A stretch of 64,000 bases of DNA from Felis catus (lineage: Eukaryota). The notes under the pieces are model-generated. The model searched no databases and was not told where the DNA came from. It saw nothing but the letters and a program-made list of their open reading frames with translations. Location: positions 42,038,001 through 42,102,000 of the forward strand of contig NC_058368.1 in assembly GCF_018350175.1 (NCBI RefSeq), written 5' to 3'. Within the stretch, counting starts at the first letter, position 1, and every line of letters begins with the position of its first letter. Positions 37,801 to 48,310 of the stretch are shown here, piece after piece. The translations under genes were made by a program, and so were the position numbers.

Positions 37801-39069
37801 AATACACAAGAAATAAAAAGGAAATGAAGGTGGAATTTGCAGGTGGCCTTCTGTGGGGTTGGAGTATAGGACACTCCTAAAGGGACATCCCAGCTGAGAA
37901 ATCTAGTTAATGTTTTGTTGTTTTAAAAATGTTTTTATACTACCATTTGACAATATTCTATAAATGTAAAAAGTCATCTATGGGTGACACTGTAACTCAA
38001 AGCTGGAAGGATCTTATCTGAATTTCTATAACGGATGTCTGTAATAAAGGCTTGTATATAATGTGATTTCAAGAAATGCATTACCAAAGCATAAACACCT
38101 TGCTAATAGTGGCTGTGCACAGCACTGGCCTAAGGGGTTGTCAGATGATCAACATAAACCAAAATATCAGAAAACAACTGTGTGGGTTTCACGCAAGTTA
38201 ATATAAGGTCAGTTAATGTCTTTCCAGACATTATCACACAGCTGAAGGTACATTTACTCCTCAGGAGTATTTTGGTTTATATTGATTGCATCAGGGATAC
38301 CCTCAGGTGATATCAGGCATTAATTTGTGGTTACTCTCACACAAATGCACCAGTAGGTTAAAAAATATGGCCCGTCTAGGGAAAAACATCATTCCAAAAA
38401 TCTGTGGTTGTTGTATGTTAACTGGCTATTTTAAACACATTTTATAGAATATATTAGAGTCAAAGTAAATAGCCAGATATAATATATATTATGTCATAGA
38501 TTTTAGAAACTTCACAATTTTAAAGGCCTTTTTTCATTAATCTTTGCATATCTAGCAATTTAGACAGTATCAGGCACACTGCAGGTGATCAATAAACACT
38601 TGCTGAATTAAATATATGAGCATTTCTTTAAAAATACACATTCATCATTTATGTAAATATTTTAATCACTAATTGTGTTATATTGACACCAGTTTAAAAC
38701 TGAGAATCAAAATATGCAGGTTCTAGTTTCTGTCACTAAATCTGAGACTTAAGTCCTATAATATAATCTATTTTTAATGTGGATTCTTCCAGCAATTGAT
38801 TCAATGAAATCTGAGTCTAATGTCAAACTACCATACTCCCAAGACGGGATATTTAAAAATAAATCTCAATAACCGTGACTCACATGAGATAACTATCTTG
38901 AGCACATATAACATGATCGTGCTTTCTCCTCCAGTAATTATTTTCAGTACACTAGTAAGTTCTAGTGAGTTGATGGTAATTTCCTATGCTAGAAATAAAT
39001 GTAACAGCTATTATACTCTCAGAGAGGCTTTGAAACCAGCTTTGGACACTGTGCTTGTTATTAAACGAT

Positions 39070-40022
39070 TGTCTGTCAATCCCAATCTGTTCTCCTAGTC
39101 TCTACTTTATGGGACAGAAGCTGAACTCTGCAAACGGAGTTCCTTTTTTGAGAGCTGGCTCCCTGGTAGTTGCTGCCCGAATGGGGCACTCAGCTGAGTT
39201 GAAGGAAGGAGTCGCTCCTGCTGCCAGGCTGGTGCATACAAGAGGGGCCCATGGAAGATGTAACCCACACCTTGTAGGAGAGAGATTCTGTCCATTCCTA
39301 ACAGCACCACCGAAGCAAAGGCACATTATCCAGGTTGTGGCACTGGTTCCAACTGAAATTCATTTTAGAGCCTAGCTTCTTTCCACACTTCCAGACCCGT
39401 CATGACTCACAAGATATACCCCTGGTGGCACCTCTTCAGAATTCAAATTCCACAGGTCCATCACCTGAGCTACTGGGGTTGGGACTCTATCTCTGTGTAA
39501 CTTGACCTGCAAGCTCATGAGAGATCTGCACTAGGCACATGGGCCCCTCTGCTCAGTAATCCCAGTATGATAGGGCACCTCCTCCAAGTTCCTAGATTCC
39601 AAACACCCTCTTCCCTTTAATCTGGGGTCCTAAGGATAGTAACTGTTTCCAGCAGTTACTACTTCAATGTCCCTTTCAGTGTTCTCACTTTGTTGTTTTT
39701 GTCTTCCAATATTTCTTTAATCTTTTGCCTATAATAAAAACTCTCTATTGGGAGACACCTGGGTGGCTCAATCAGTTAAGCACCTGACTCTTGATTTCAG
39801 CTTAGGTCATGATCTCATGGTTCATGAGTCCCAGCCCCGCACTGGACTCTGCATTGACAATGAAAAGCCTGCTTGGGAGTCTCTTTCTCCTCTATCTCTG
39901 CTTCCCCTCCCCACCTTCACCCTTTCAAAATAAATAGTTTTTTTAAAAAAACAAAAAAAACCCCTCTCTATTGAAATAACTACCAGGGTTTCTGTTTTCC
40001 TAACTTCATCCTGGCTGACACG
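39070..40022 (+). mobile_element. ERVL solo LTR, LTR33/LTR41-like, interrupted by a SINE
   Basis: GC-richer block; 5' ACTCTGCAAAC..GCTGGCTCCCTGGTAG..GGGGCAC; 3' AATAAA..CTCTCTATTGAAATA..GGTTTCTGTTTTCCT..CCTGGCTGACA match remembered LTR33-family ends. Confidence 0.7.
39751..39960 (+). mobile_element. CAN-SINE (older type) inserted in the LTR
   Basis: TSD CTCTCTATTG at 39741-39750 and 39964-39973. Confidence 0.94.
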
Positions 40023-40275
40023 AGTACTTTTTAAAAAAATTTTAGTCCCATAAAATTATTTTATTAATCAATTGATTGCATTGTAAACACAAAAATATGC
40101 GTGTCCATTTTGATGTCTCTGAGCTTGAATGTGAGATTAACTGTAGTTTACATATTAGTTTAATTATGAGGCAATTGTATTTTATTATATTCTTGGCCCA
40201 TCTCAACATTTTCAATAAGTGGCTAAATAATCAATATTAAAATTTACATTTGTGACTATATGTTAAAAAGCAATT

Positions 40276-40480
40276 GGGGGGTATGAGTGGCTCAGTCCAT
40301 TAAGCATCCAACTCTTGGTTTTGGCTCAGGTCATGGTCTCATGGTTTGTGGGCTTAAGCCTGCCATGGGCTCTGTACTGGCAGCCAAGTCTTCTTGGGAT
40401 GCTCTGTCTCCCTCTCTCTCTCTGTCCCTCCCCCATTCTCTCACTCTCTCAAATAAATATTTTTTTTATTTTTAAAAAAG
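40276..40480 (+). mobile_element. CAN-SINE (old, diverged); tail resumes at 40682-40695
   Basis: Head GTGGCTCAGTCCATTAAGC; TSD AAAAAGCAAT at 40265-40274 and 40691-40700. Confidence 0.9.
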
Positions 40481-40681
40481 TTTTTTAACGTCTGTTCATA
40501 TTTTGAGAGACAGAGAGTGAGTGGAGGAGGGGCAGAGAGAGAGGGAAACAGAATCCAAAGAAGGCTCCAGGTTCTGAACTGACAACACACAGCCCGACAC
40601 GGGGCTCGAACTCAGAGACCATGACATCATGAACTGAGCCAAAGTCGGACACTTAACCAACTGAGCCACCCAGGGGCCCCC
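40481..40681 (-). mobile_element. CAN-SINE nested in the tail of the previous SINE
   Basis: TTTAAAAAA at 40471-40479 and 40682-40690. Confidence 0.93.
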
Positions 40682-40708
40682 TTTAAAAAAAAAAAGCAAT
40701 AAGAACAT

Positions 40709-40936
40709 GGGGCATATGGGTGGCTCAGTCAATTAAGCATCTGACTTTGGTTCAGGTCATGATCTTGCAGTCCATGGGTTTGAGCCCCATGAGAGGCTCT
40801 GTGCTGGCAGCTCAGAGCCTGGAGCCTGCTTCACATTCTGTGTCTCCCTCTCTCTCTGCCCCTCCCCTGCTCATGCTCTGCCCCTCTCTCTCGCTCTCAA
40901 AAATACGTAAACATTAAAAAAAGAAATGTTTAAAAG
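40709..40936 (+). mobile_element. CAN-SINE
   Basis: TSD AAGCAAT(A/T)AGAACATG at 40694-40709 and 40937-40952. Confidence 0.95.
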
Positions 40937-41067
40937 AAGCAATTAGAACATGATTTTCTTTGCATTATCATGCATTATTTTTGCATTTATCATGACTCAG
41001 GAAATAGGAACATGATGAGTAAACACAATAGATTTAGCTAGTTATCTATCCTGGATTAAAAAATATA

Positions 41068-41276
41068 GGGGCGCCTGGTGGCTCAGTCGGTTAAGCGTCC
41101 GACTTCGGCTCAGGTCATGATCTCGCGGTCCGTGAGTTCGAGCCCCGCGTCAGGCTCTGTGCTGACAGCTCAGAGCCTGGAGCCTGTTTCCGATTCTGTG
41201 TCTCCCTCTCTCTCTGCCCCTCCCCCGTTCATGCTCTGTCTCTCCCTGTCTCAAAAATAAATAAACGTTAAAAAAA
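41068..41276 (+). mobile_element. CAN-SINE, CpG-rich (fairly young)
   Basis: 13-bp TSD ATTAAAAAATATA at 41055-41067 and 41277-41289. Confidence 0.96.
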
Positions 41277-42229
41277 ATTAAAAAATATATATATATATAT
41301 TTGTTATATTGAAAAGTATACAACCTCATGAATTATTTTGTATAGTGATTAAAAAACAGAACATTGTGCACTGATTAAAAACCACTGGTAGTTAGAACTA
41401 TTCTACAGGTGATAAGTGAATCTGGTAGATTTTAAATCATTTATCTGTGACTCTATAACACTGAAAAAAAGGAGAAATAATTTTCAGTTGTATTAAATTA
41501 ATGATCACTAAAACTTCATTTATGTTATAATTCAATATTTCAGTAATTATTGATGTGGTTTTCTGATAATTTTAATCTTTCTTGTAGAAAAGATAACTGA
41601 AATATTAATCTTTCCTTTTACTTTGTGCATTGACCTATTTTAGAAAAGACATAAGATAACCCCTCTTACAATAGCTTCCATATTCACAGCCTCACCAAAC
41701 AAAATAACTCTTCTCTACCTTTCCTGTAAAAAGGAGTATTCCTCATTCATTTATTGGGTGTTCTACAATATATATCTTAGTTGATTTCTACACAAACCAT
41801 CACCCTTGTTGAGCTATGTAATTGACTCACTGACAGCAAAATTGGATTGATGGGGGAAGAAGTTTTGATTAATAGTATACTATGTAACTTTAATTTTGTG
41901 CAGTCAAATGTTTGTAGTCACATTTTTTTTACATCTAACATGGGAACCAAATGACCAATCCTCCAGCTCTGACTTTGAAGGAGACGCTTTACTAGTTGTC
42001 CATGCAGATGCTGGGCTAACAGCTGCCAGTTAGCTAGGATCTAGCCGTGGATGGCAGAGACTAAAGACTGAATAAAAGCTATAGTAAGACAACACACAAG
42101 TTTGAAAGCTAGGTTTGGTCTTTGTTTGGCAACTTTGGCCAAGTCAAAACTCTTTGGGTTACAGGTTCTTCACTTGTGAAACGGATTGACTCAAGGGATT
42201 TGAAATGGCAGCATGAGGACCAGCAGAGA

Positions 42230-42340
42230 AAAGATTTACCTTTGGACTACCACTCATTAGCTGGGTGGTTTTGAGGAATCTATTTAATCTCCTAGAATGT
42301 CAGTTTCTTTATCAATGAAATAGGTATTGTGGATTCAGTG
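42230..42340 (+). mobile_element. MIR fragment
   Basis: CCACTCATTAGCTGGGTGG..ATTTAATCTC..TCAGTTTCTTTATCAATGAAATAGG. Confidence 0.6.
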
Positions 42341-42883
42341 CAGTCATAGTTACACAGTTCCATTTACAGTAGGCCCTTTACAACCTGAAAATTTCTTCTA
42401 GCTTGAAATTGTATGACCACTACACATTTTAAATTCTTTTCTATAAAGTAGTTTCTCTTCTAATTATTGTTTGTCAAATTCTTCCTGCAAGGTTTTAAAG
42501 GGCCCTAATGTATTTACCTTTTAAAAATATGAACAAGGGAAAATTATAAGCTTTTAAGCTATGTTCTTGGAACATAAATTATGATTTCATAAATTATTTT
42601 CTTAAAGTTGCCCCCCAAAAGCCCCCAACTGAGTGAAAGGCCGTTAAACATCAATCCTCTTCACTGCACACCATGTAAACCAATATTAGAGAGCAGAGCA
42701 ATGGAAGAGGAAAGAGGTGATGGGCCCTCACACAGGGAAAGAGAAATTGTATTGTACAATGATCCATGGTTGGAGCGTTATTTATAGAAGTATACAATGC
42801 GATATCCGGTATCTCTCTGACAATATTTGGAAGAATTAAAGTAATAGAATCAAGATCATTCTTAATTTAAGATTTCTTTAAAA

Positions 42884-43053
42884 CAGAGTTTCTCAACAGG
42901 GGCACTATTGAGATTCTGGACCAGTTAATGCTTTGTTTATAGGGAAAGGTGCTATCTTGTGTATGATTGGCTGCTTAGCAGCATCCCTGGTTTCTATCCA
43001 CCAGATGCAAGTAGCACTACCACCTCTGGTCCTGACAGTAAGAAACATTTCTA
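42884..43053 (-). mobile_element. MER20 (hAT-Charlie MITE), first part
   Basis: CAGAGTTTCTCAAC..GGCACTATTGA..TTAGCAGCATCCCTGG..CCACCAGATGCAAGTAGCAC. Confidence 0.9.
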
Positions 43054-43704
43054 TAATATGATGGTTTCTCAAGGAAAACAAACAAACAAAAACAAAACAA
43101 AACAAAAAAACAAAAAAAACCCGAAAACAACACACACACACACACAAACCAACAAAAAAACCCACAAAAAAACTAAACAGAATTATCATATGACCCAATA
43201 ATTCCACTTCTAGTGTGCATACCCAAAATAACCAAAAGCAGAGACTCAAGTAGCTATTTATATATCGATGCATATAGTATATTATTCACAACAGTCAAAA
43301 GGTGTAAGCAACAGAAATGTCCAGATGTGGTATATACATGCAATAGAATATTATTCAGTCTCAAAAAGGAATGAAATTCTGATGCATCCTAAGGCATGGA
43401 TGAGCCTTGAGAACATTATGCTAAGTAAAATAGACAGGTGCCGAAGGACAAATACTGTGATTTCACTGATATGAGGTACCTAGAGTAGTCAAAGTCATAG
43501 AAACAGAAAATAGAATGGTGTTTTTCAGGGCTTGTGGGAGGGAGGAATGGGGAATTATTATTCCATGGGTACAGAGTTTCAGCTCAGGAGACGAAAAAGT
43601 GCTGGAGATGAATGATGGTGACGGTGGTGATATGCGGATACTTAGTGTCACTGAACTGTATACTTAAAAAAAAATGTACGTGAAGTATATTTTGCCACAA
43701 TGAA
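43054..43704 (+). mobile_element. Old L1 3' fragment (L1MB/L1MA10-like) inserted into MER20
   Basis: ATATGACCCA..AATTCCACTTCTAG, AAAAGGAATGAAATTCTGAT, ATATGAGGTACCTAGAGTAGTCAAA, TATATTTTGCCACAAT end; A/C-rich expansion 43075-43172. Confidence 0.92.
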
Positions 43705-43785
43705 AAGAAATGTCTCTAGACATTACTAAATATTCCCTAGAGACTGGGAAAAAGGGACAAAATCACCCATGATTGGGTACCACTG
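43705..43785 (-). mobile_element. MER20, second part
   Basis: AAATGTCTCTAGACATTACTAAAT..GGACAAAATCACCC..TTGGGTACCACTG terminus. Confidence 0.88.
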
Positions 43786-43898
43786 TTCTACAACATAATT
43801 TGTATTTACATTTCTTTAATTTTTAAGCAATACCTTTATTTCCCATAATGTACTGCTATTTCTTTCACATTTCAAATGACTTTCTTACAGGGAAAATA

Positions 43899-44120
43899 TT
43901 TTTTTTTCTTTAAAAAAATAATGTTTATTCATTTTTGAGAGACAGAGACACAGCGTGACCCATGGAAGAGCAGAGAGAGAGGGAGACACAGAATCAGAAG
44001 CAGGCTCCAGGCTCTGAGCTGTCAGCACAGAGCCCGGCACGGGGCTTGAACCCAAGAACTGTGATATCATGACCTGAGCCAAAGTTGGACACTTAACTGA
44101 CTGAGCCACCCAGGCACCCC
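43899..44120 (-). mobile_element. CAN-SINE
   Basis: Tail, GA tract, ends GAGCCACCCAGGCACCCC. Confidence 0.95.
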
Positions 44121-44284
44121 ATTTTCTCCTTGTTTAACTGATCAATACTACTTTTCTCCCAAGCCCATTTTTAACTAGAAACAGTCTCCATTTTCAAGTG
44201 AGTCTTTAATTGGTACAACAGAAAATAACTTTCAAAGACCAACAAATACGTGACAAATCACTAAGCACCCTGGCATGTCTGATA

Positions 44285-44746
44285 TGTAGTGGGTTGAATG
44301 ATGGTACCCAAAACTATATGCCAATGTCCTGATCCTGGCACCTGTAAACGTGAATTTATTTAGAAAAAGGGGTCTTTGCATGTAAAACTCAGGTAAAGAT
44401 CTTTAGATGAGATCATCTTGGATTGTCTAGGTGGGCCCTAAGCACAATAACAAGTGTCTTTATAAGGGACACATAGAGGAGACACAGAAAGGAGAAGTCA
44501 ATGTGATGACAGAGGCAGAGATTGGAATGGATGCCACCACAATCCATGGAATGCCAACCAAGGGTTGCTGCAACCACCAGAAACTAGAAGAAAGGCATGG
44601 AAGGGATGACTATCCAGAGCCTCCTGAGAGCATGTGGCCTTGTGAACACCTTGATATTAGGCTTCTAACCTCAGAATTGGGAGAGAATAAATTTAAGGCA
44701 CCCAACTTTTGGTAATTTTTTACAGCAGTCACAGAAGACTGATACA
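44285..44746 (+). mobile_element. MaLR solo LTR, MLT1C-like
   Basis: TGTAGTGGGTTGAAT start, GATGAGATCATCTTGGATT..GGTGGGCCCTAA, GAGAGAATAAATTT, ACAGCAG..ACTGATACA end. Confidence 0.9.
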
Positions 44747-46439
44747 AAAGGCAATTACAAGTTGTAATTCAAAACACCACACTCACTGTTCTCTATAACA
44801 AGATTTCACATATTTAACCTTATCTCAAGCATAATGTTGATAGGAGAGACCACGTGAGGCCATACTTTTTGCCTTTTAAGGGATGCTGCTATAGAGTTTT
44901 TACCCAACACTAAAAGCATCATATAGCATTGTCTGTAACCGTCCTAAACATGTTCATTTAGAGACCTCAGAAATATGTAAAGGAAGGTGTCTGCCTCTGT
45001 TCTGTGCTGTTAGGGCCGTTTGACTGGGATACAGGAAGCTCGTTAACATGCAGGTACAATAGCAGACCCCGGCACCTGTATCGCAAGCACTAATCAAAGT
45101 GCTCCTTCATGGGGTGAAAGAATCCCTATTTGTAATGCAATAATTAGGCTGGGTGGAAAGGCCTGTAAAGTAAATCAATCTAGTCTGCTCTTGAGATCTG
45201 ACTCCATTCTCTTGGCAGATTGTTAACATAATGAGACAGAAGCCTACAAGAGGTCCCGCAGAAAAAAAAAAAACTGGTGTCATTTCTTTCCCTTCCGTAT
45301 TTAATTCTACAAAGGTTTCTCAGGACATAACTGAGATTAAAACTAATACAAGCTGTTGATAAAACAAGGGATTCTAAGCTTACCAAATGGTTCTGAAAAG
45401 GATGAGCTGGAATGCAGCACTAGTCTGAACCCATTAGTCACAACTTCTGGGTTGTCTCGCTGCAAACTCTCAAAAGAACACAAGAATTCCCAGCAAGTAA
45501 TTATAGTTGAGGGAAAAACAGGGAAGAACATCCAAAGGCCAGCTTGAAAATAGCGGGTTGATTAATCTGAAGTTCAACAAAAGGAAACAAATTAAGTGCT
45601 CTTTATAAATCAGGACAAGACTTTCAAAAGCAAACTTATTTGTTCTGTCAAACATGTGCTGAATTGGCAAAATGTGCCGACCTACTCCAACAATAAGCTG
45701 TCTCTTATATCCAGCAAGATTCACATGCAGTCTTTTAAAAATATATGTCAGTGGAAATAATTTTTACATATGGACAAATTATTTTGTAACTTTTCCATGC
45801 TTCCAAATCCTCTTTCTAGAAATTCTACTGTGTACATGTTTCTTTTCCTTTTCATAGGCACAAAGAATTAAATTAGACTCCTCTTTTCCTCTACTTGGAT
45901 ATTTAAAATTTTTCATTGAATTCTATTTTCCGGTAGTTTTTGTCTGGAATAAACAAACATACACCCTAACTAGAAGTAAAAAATTACACATATTTGCATT
46001 CCGTAACTTGCATCAGACTGACATTTATGTGAAGACTTTGGATATCTTGAAGAATACCATCAGACTCAGTCACTCAGTCAATGAGACTTTTCTGGATAGA
46101 ATGATGCTGCATGCTTTCTCTCTGATCAGATTTTTGGAACATGGCTGCTGTGAACAAAAATACTGGATGCTAATCTGTGTGCGTGTGTGTGTGTGTCTTT
46201 CTCTCTATATATAATTATATATATATGTAAATATTATATATATATTTGTGCATGCATGTAATACATATATACATACATATACATGTGCTTGTATGTTTCT
46301 ACATTTTGTTGAGGCTCAGGCTACCGAATGCTTGAGATTAATCCAACAGAAGTTAAGGAACCATAAAATTCCTAATTATCATGATTATCTTTTGGCTTGA
46401 CCTGATATTTACTTATGTGCAGAATGAAACTATATTTTT

Positions 46440-46632
46440 AAAATATTTTTGAGATAGATAGAGCGGTGGAGGGGCAGAGAGAGAGGGGGACAGAGGATCC
46501 AAAGCGGGGTCTGTCCTGATAGCAAAGAGCCCAATGCAGCCTTGAACTCATGAAAGCTCGAGCTCTCAAACCATGGGATCATGACCTGAGCCGAAGTCAG
46601 ACACTTAGCCAAATGAGCCATCCAGGTGCCCC
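46440..46632 (-). mobile_element. CAN-SINE with duplicated B-box region
   Basis: SINE body; degraded TSD GAAACT...TTTTT at 46426-46439 and 46633-46646. Confidence 0.92.
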
Positions 46633-46859
46633 GAAACTGCGTTTTTTTAAAGGGCAGCTTCAGAAGCCTTCAACAACCGAGTTTACTCTTGATCGTTGCC
46701 TCTATTATTGTTTGGTTGGTTTTGTTTATTTATTTATTTTATCAGTAACAAGATAACTTTTTAGGCTTTTGTACGCTGAATTTAATTTATCTCATATTCT
46801 GTGTTAAGGCATAATAATAATTAAAAATATAGTTAAAAAAATGGCAAAAGTTTTCATTT

Positions 46860-47070
46860 AATGCTGGTTAACTGTGCCCACACCATGCATGTTCTACTTT
46901 AATCCTGATCATGTCCATTCCCGTGATACAGCTATTGTTATTTGCTTGTTTTCATATGAAGAAATGAGAGTCTAACAAAAGAGTAACTTGCTTAAAGCCA
47001 GGAATCTAGGAAAGGCACAGGTACGGGGTCTGTTTCTGAAATACATGTTCTCACCTGGGAAGTCCTGCTG
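46860..47070 (-). mobile_element. MIR fragment
   Basis: TTTAATCCT..CTATTGTTATT..TTTCATATGAAGAAATGAG..AGTAACTTGCTTAAAGCCA. Confidence 0.65.
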
Positions 47071-47100
47071 CCGCAGGAGAGCTCATTTATTTCTACTCTT

Positions 47101-47324
47101 TTTTTTTTTAAATTTTTTTTTAACGTTTATTTATTTTTGAGACAGAGAGAGACAGAGCATGAACGGGGGAGGGGCAGAGAGAGAGGGAAACACAGAATCG
47201 GAAACAGGCTCCAGGCTCTGAGCCATCAGCCCAGAGCCCGACGCGGGGCTCGAACTCACGGACCGCGAGATCATGACCCGGGCTGAAGTCGGACGCTTAA
47301 CCGACTAGGCCACCCAGGTGCCCC
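47101..47324 (-). mobile_element. CAN-SINE, young SINEC_Fc-type
   Basis: CpG-rich; TSD ATTTCTACTCTT at 47089-47100 and 47325-47336. Confidence 0.97.
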
Positions 47325-47679
47325 ATTTCTACTCTTCTTTTACATATATCATGTTTCATTTCGAATGGCAACATAAGCAATGCTGACGCATACAGAGTTC
47401 CATGATATGAAGTTAAAATTTCCTGATTTGCTTGAATACATACTTCCTTTAAAAAATGAACTCGTATTAAAAAAAAAAAACTTTGCATGAGAGAACGTTG
47501 GAAAATTATGAAGCACTAAATATACTTCAATTATATTTTAGCACTAACACTTCTATCACTAAAGGTATCTAAGAGGAAATTAAAAATAAGCTTTTCAGAA
47601 CACAGATTTTAAATTTTGGAAAATAGGTATACTAACACCCTGATAATAAAGGAAATAGGAATCAAAACATTCAAATGGA

Positions 47680-47829
47680 GGGGCACCTCGGAGGCTCAGT
47701 CGGTTAAGCATCCAAGTCTCCATTTCGGCTGTGCAGAGTCTGCTTGGGATGCTCATTCTCCCTCCCTGTTCACATACACACACTCTCTCTAAATATATAA
47801 ATAAACTTTAAAAAATAAATAAACTTAAA
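47680..47829 (+). mobile_element. CAN-SINE with internal deletion removing the B box
   Basis: Perfect 16-bp TSD AAAACATTCAAATGGA at 47664-47679 and 47830-47845; body only ~150 bp. Confidence 0.92.
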
Positions 47830-47947
47830 AAAACATTCAAATGGATAATGACAAAGCTTCCAGTTTTCCAAGGAAAAACATAAATTTGGAATCTATGTCA
47901 TATGAATTCTATTTGAATGTTTCAAATTCCAATATCACCACTATCAT

Positions 47948-48147
47948 TTTTTAAAAAAATGTTTATTCATTTTTGAGAAAGAGAGCATGAGAAGGGGAGG
48001 GGCAGAAAGAAAGGGGGACAGAGGATCTGAAGCAGGCTCTGAGCTGACAGCAGCAAGACCAATGTGGCACTGGAAGTCACGAACCCTTTGAGACTGTGAC
48101 CTGAGCTGAAGTCAGATGCTCAAATGACTGAGCCACCGAGGTGCCCC
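47948..48147 (-). mobile_element. CAN-SINE
   Basis: TSD TATCACCACTATCAT at 47933-47947 and 48150-48164. Confidence 0.95.
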
Positions 48148-48224
48148 TGTATCACCACTATCATAATGGAATGAGACTCCCAGTGATGGAAAACAAATCA
48201 ATTTTGAAAAATAAAATGCCAAAA

Positions 48225-48310
48225 TATACATATGTATAAATGTATATATGTATATTACATATGTATATATACTTATGTATGCATAGATGTATAAATACAT
48301 GTACATATTG
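48225..48310. repeat. (TA/TATG)-rich low-complexity repeat
   Basis: Seen directly. Confidence 0.85.

Noticed and set aside
39055..39375. 106-aa GC-rich ORF
   Set aside because: Lies within the LTR33/LTR41-like solo LTR; no recognisable homology or splice context
42905..43651. ORFs up to 122 aa around the MER20/L1 composite
   Set aside because: They come from an A/C-rich expansion and decayed repeat sequence; no intact L1 ORF2
44431..44715. 94-aa ORF
   Set aside because: Entirely inside the MLT1C-like LTR
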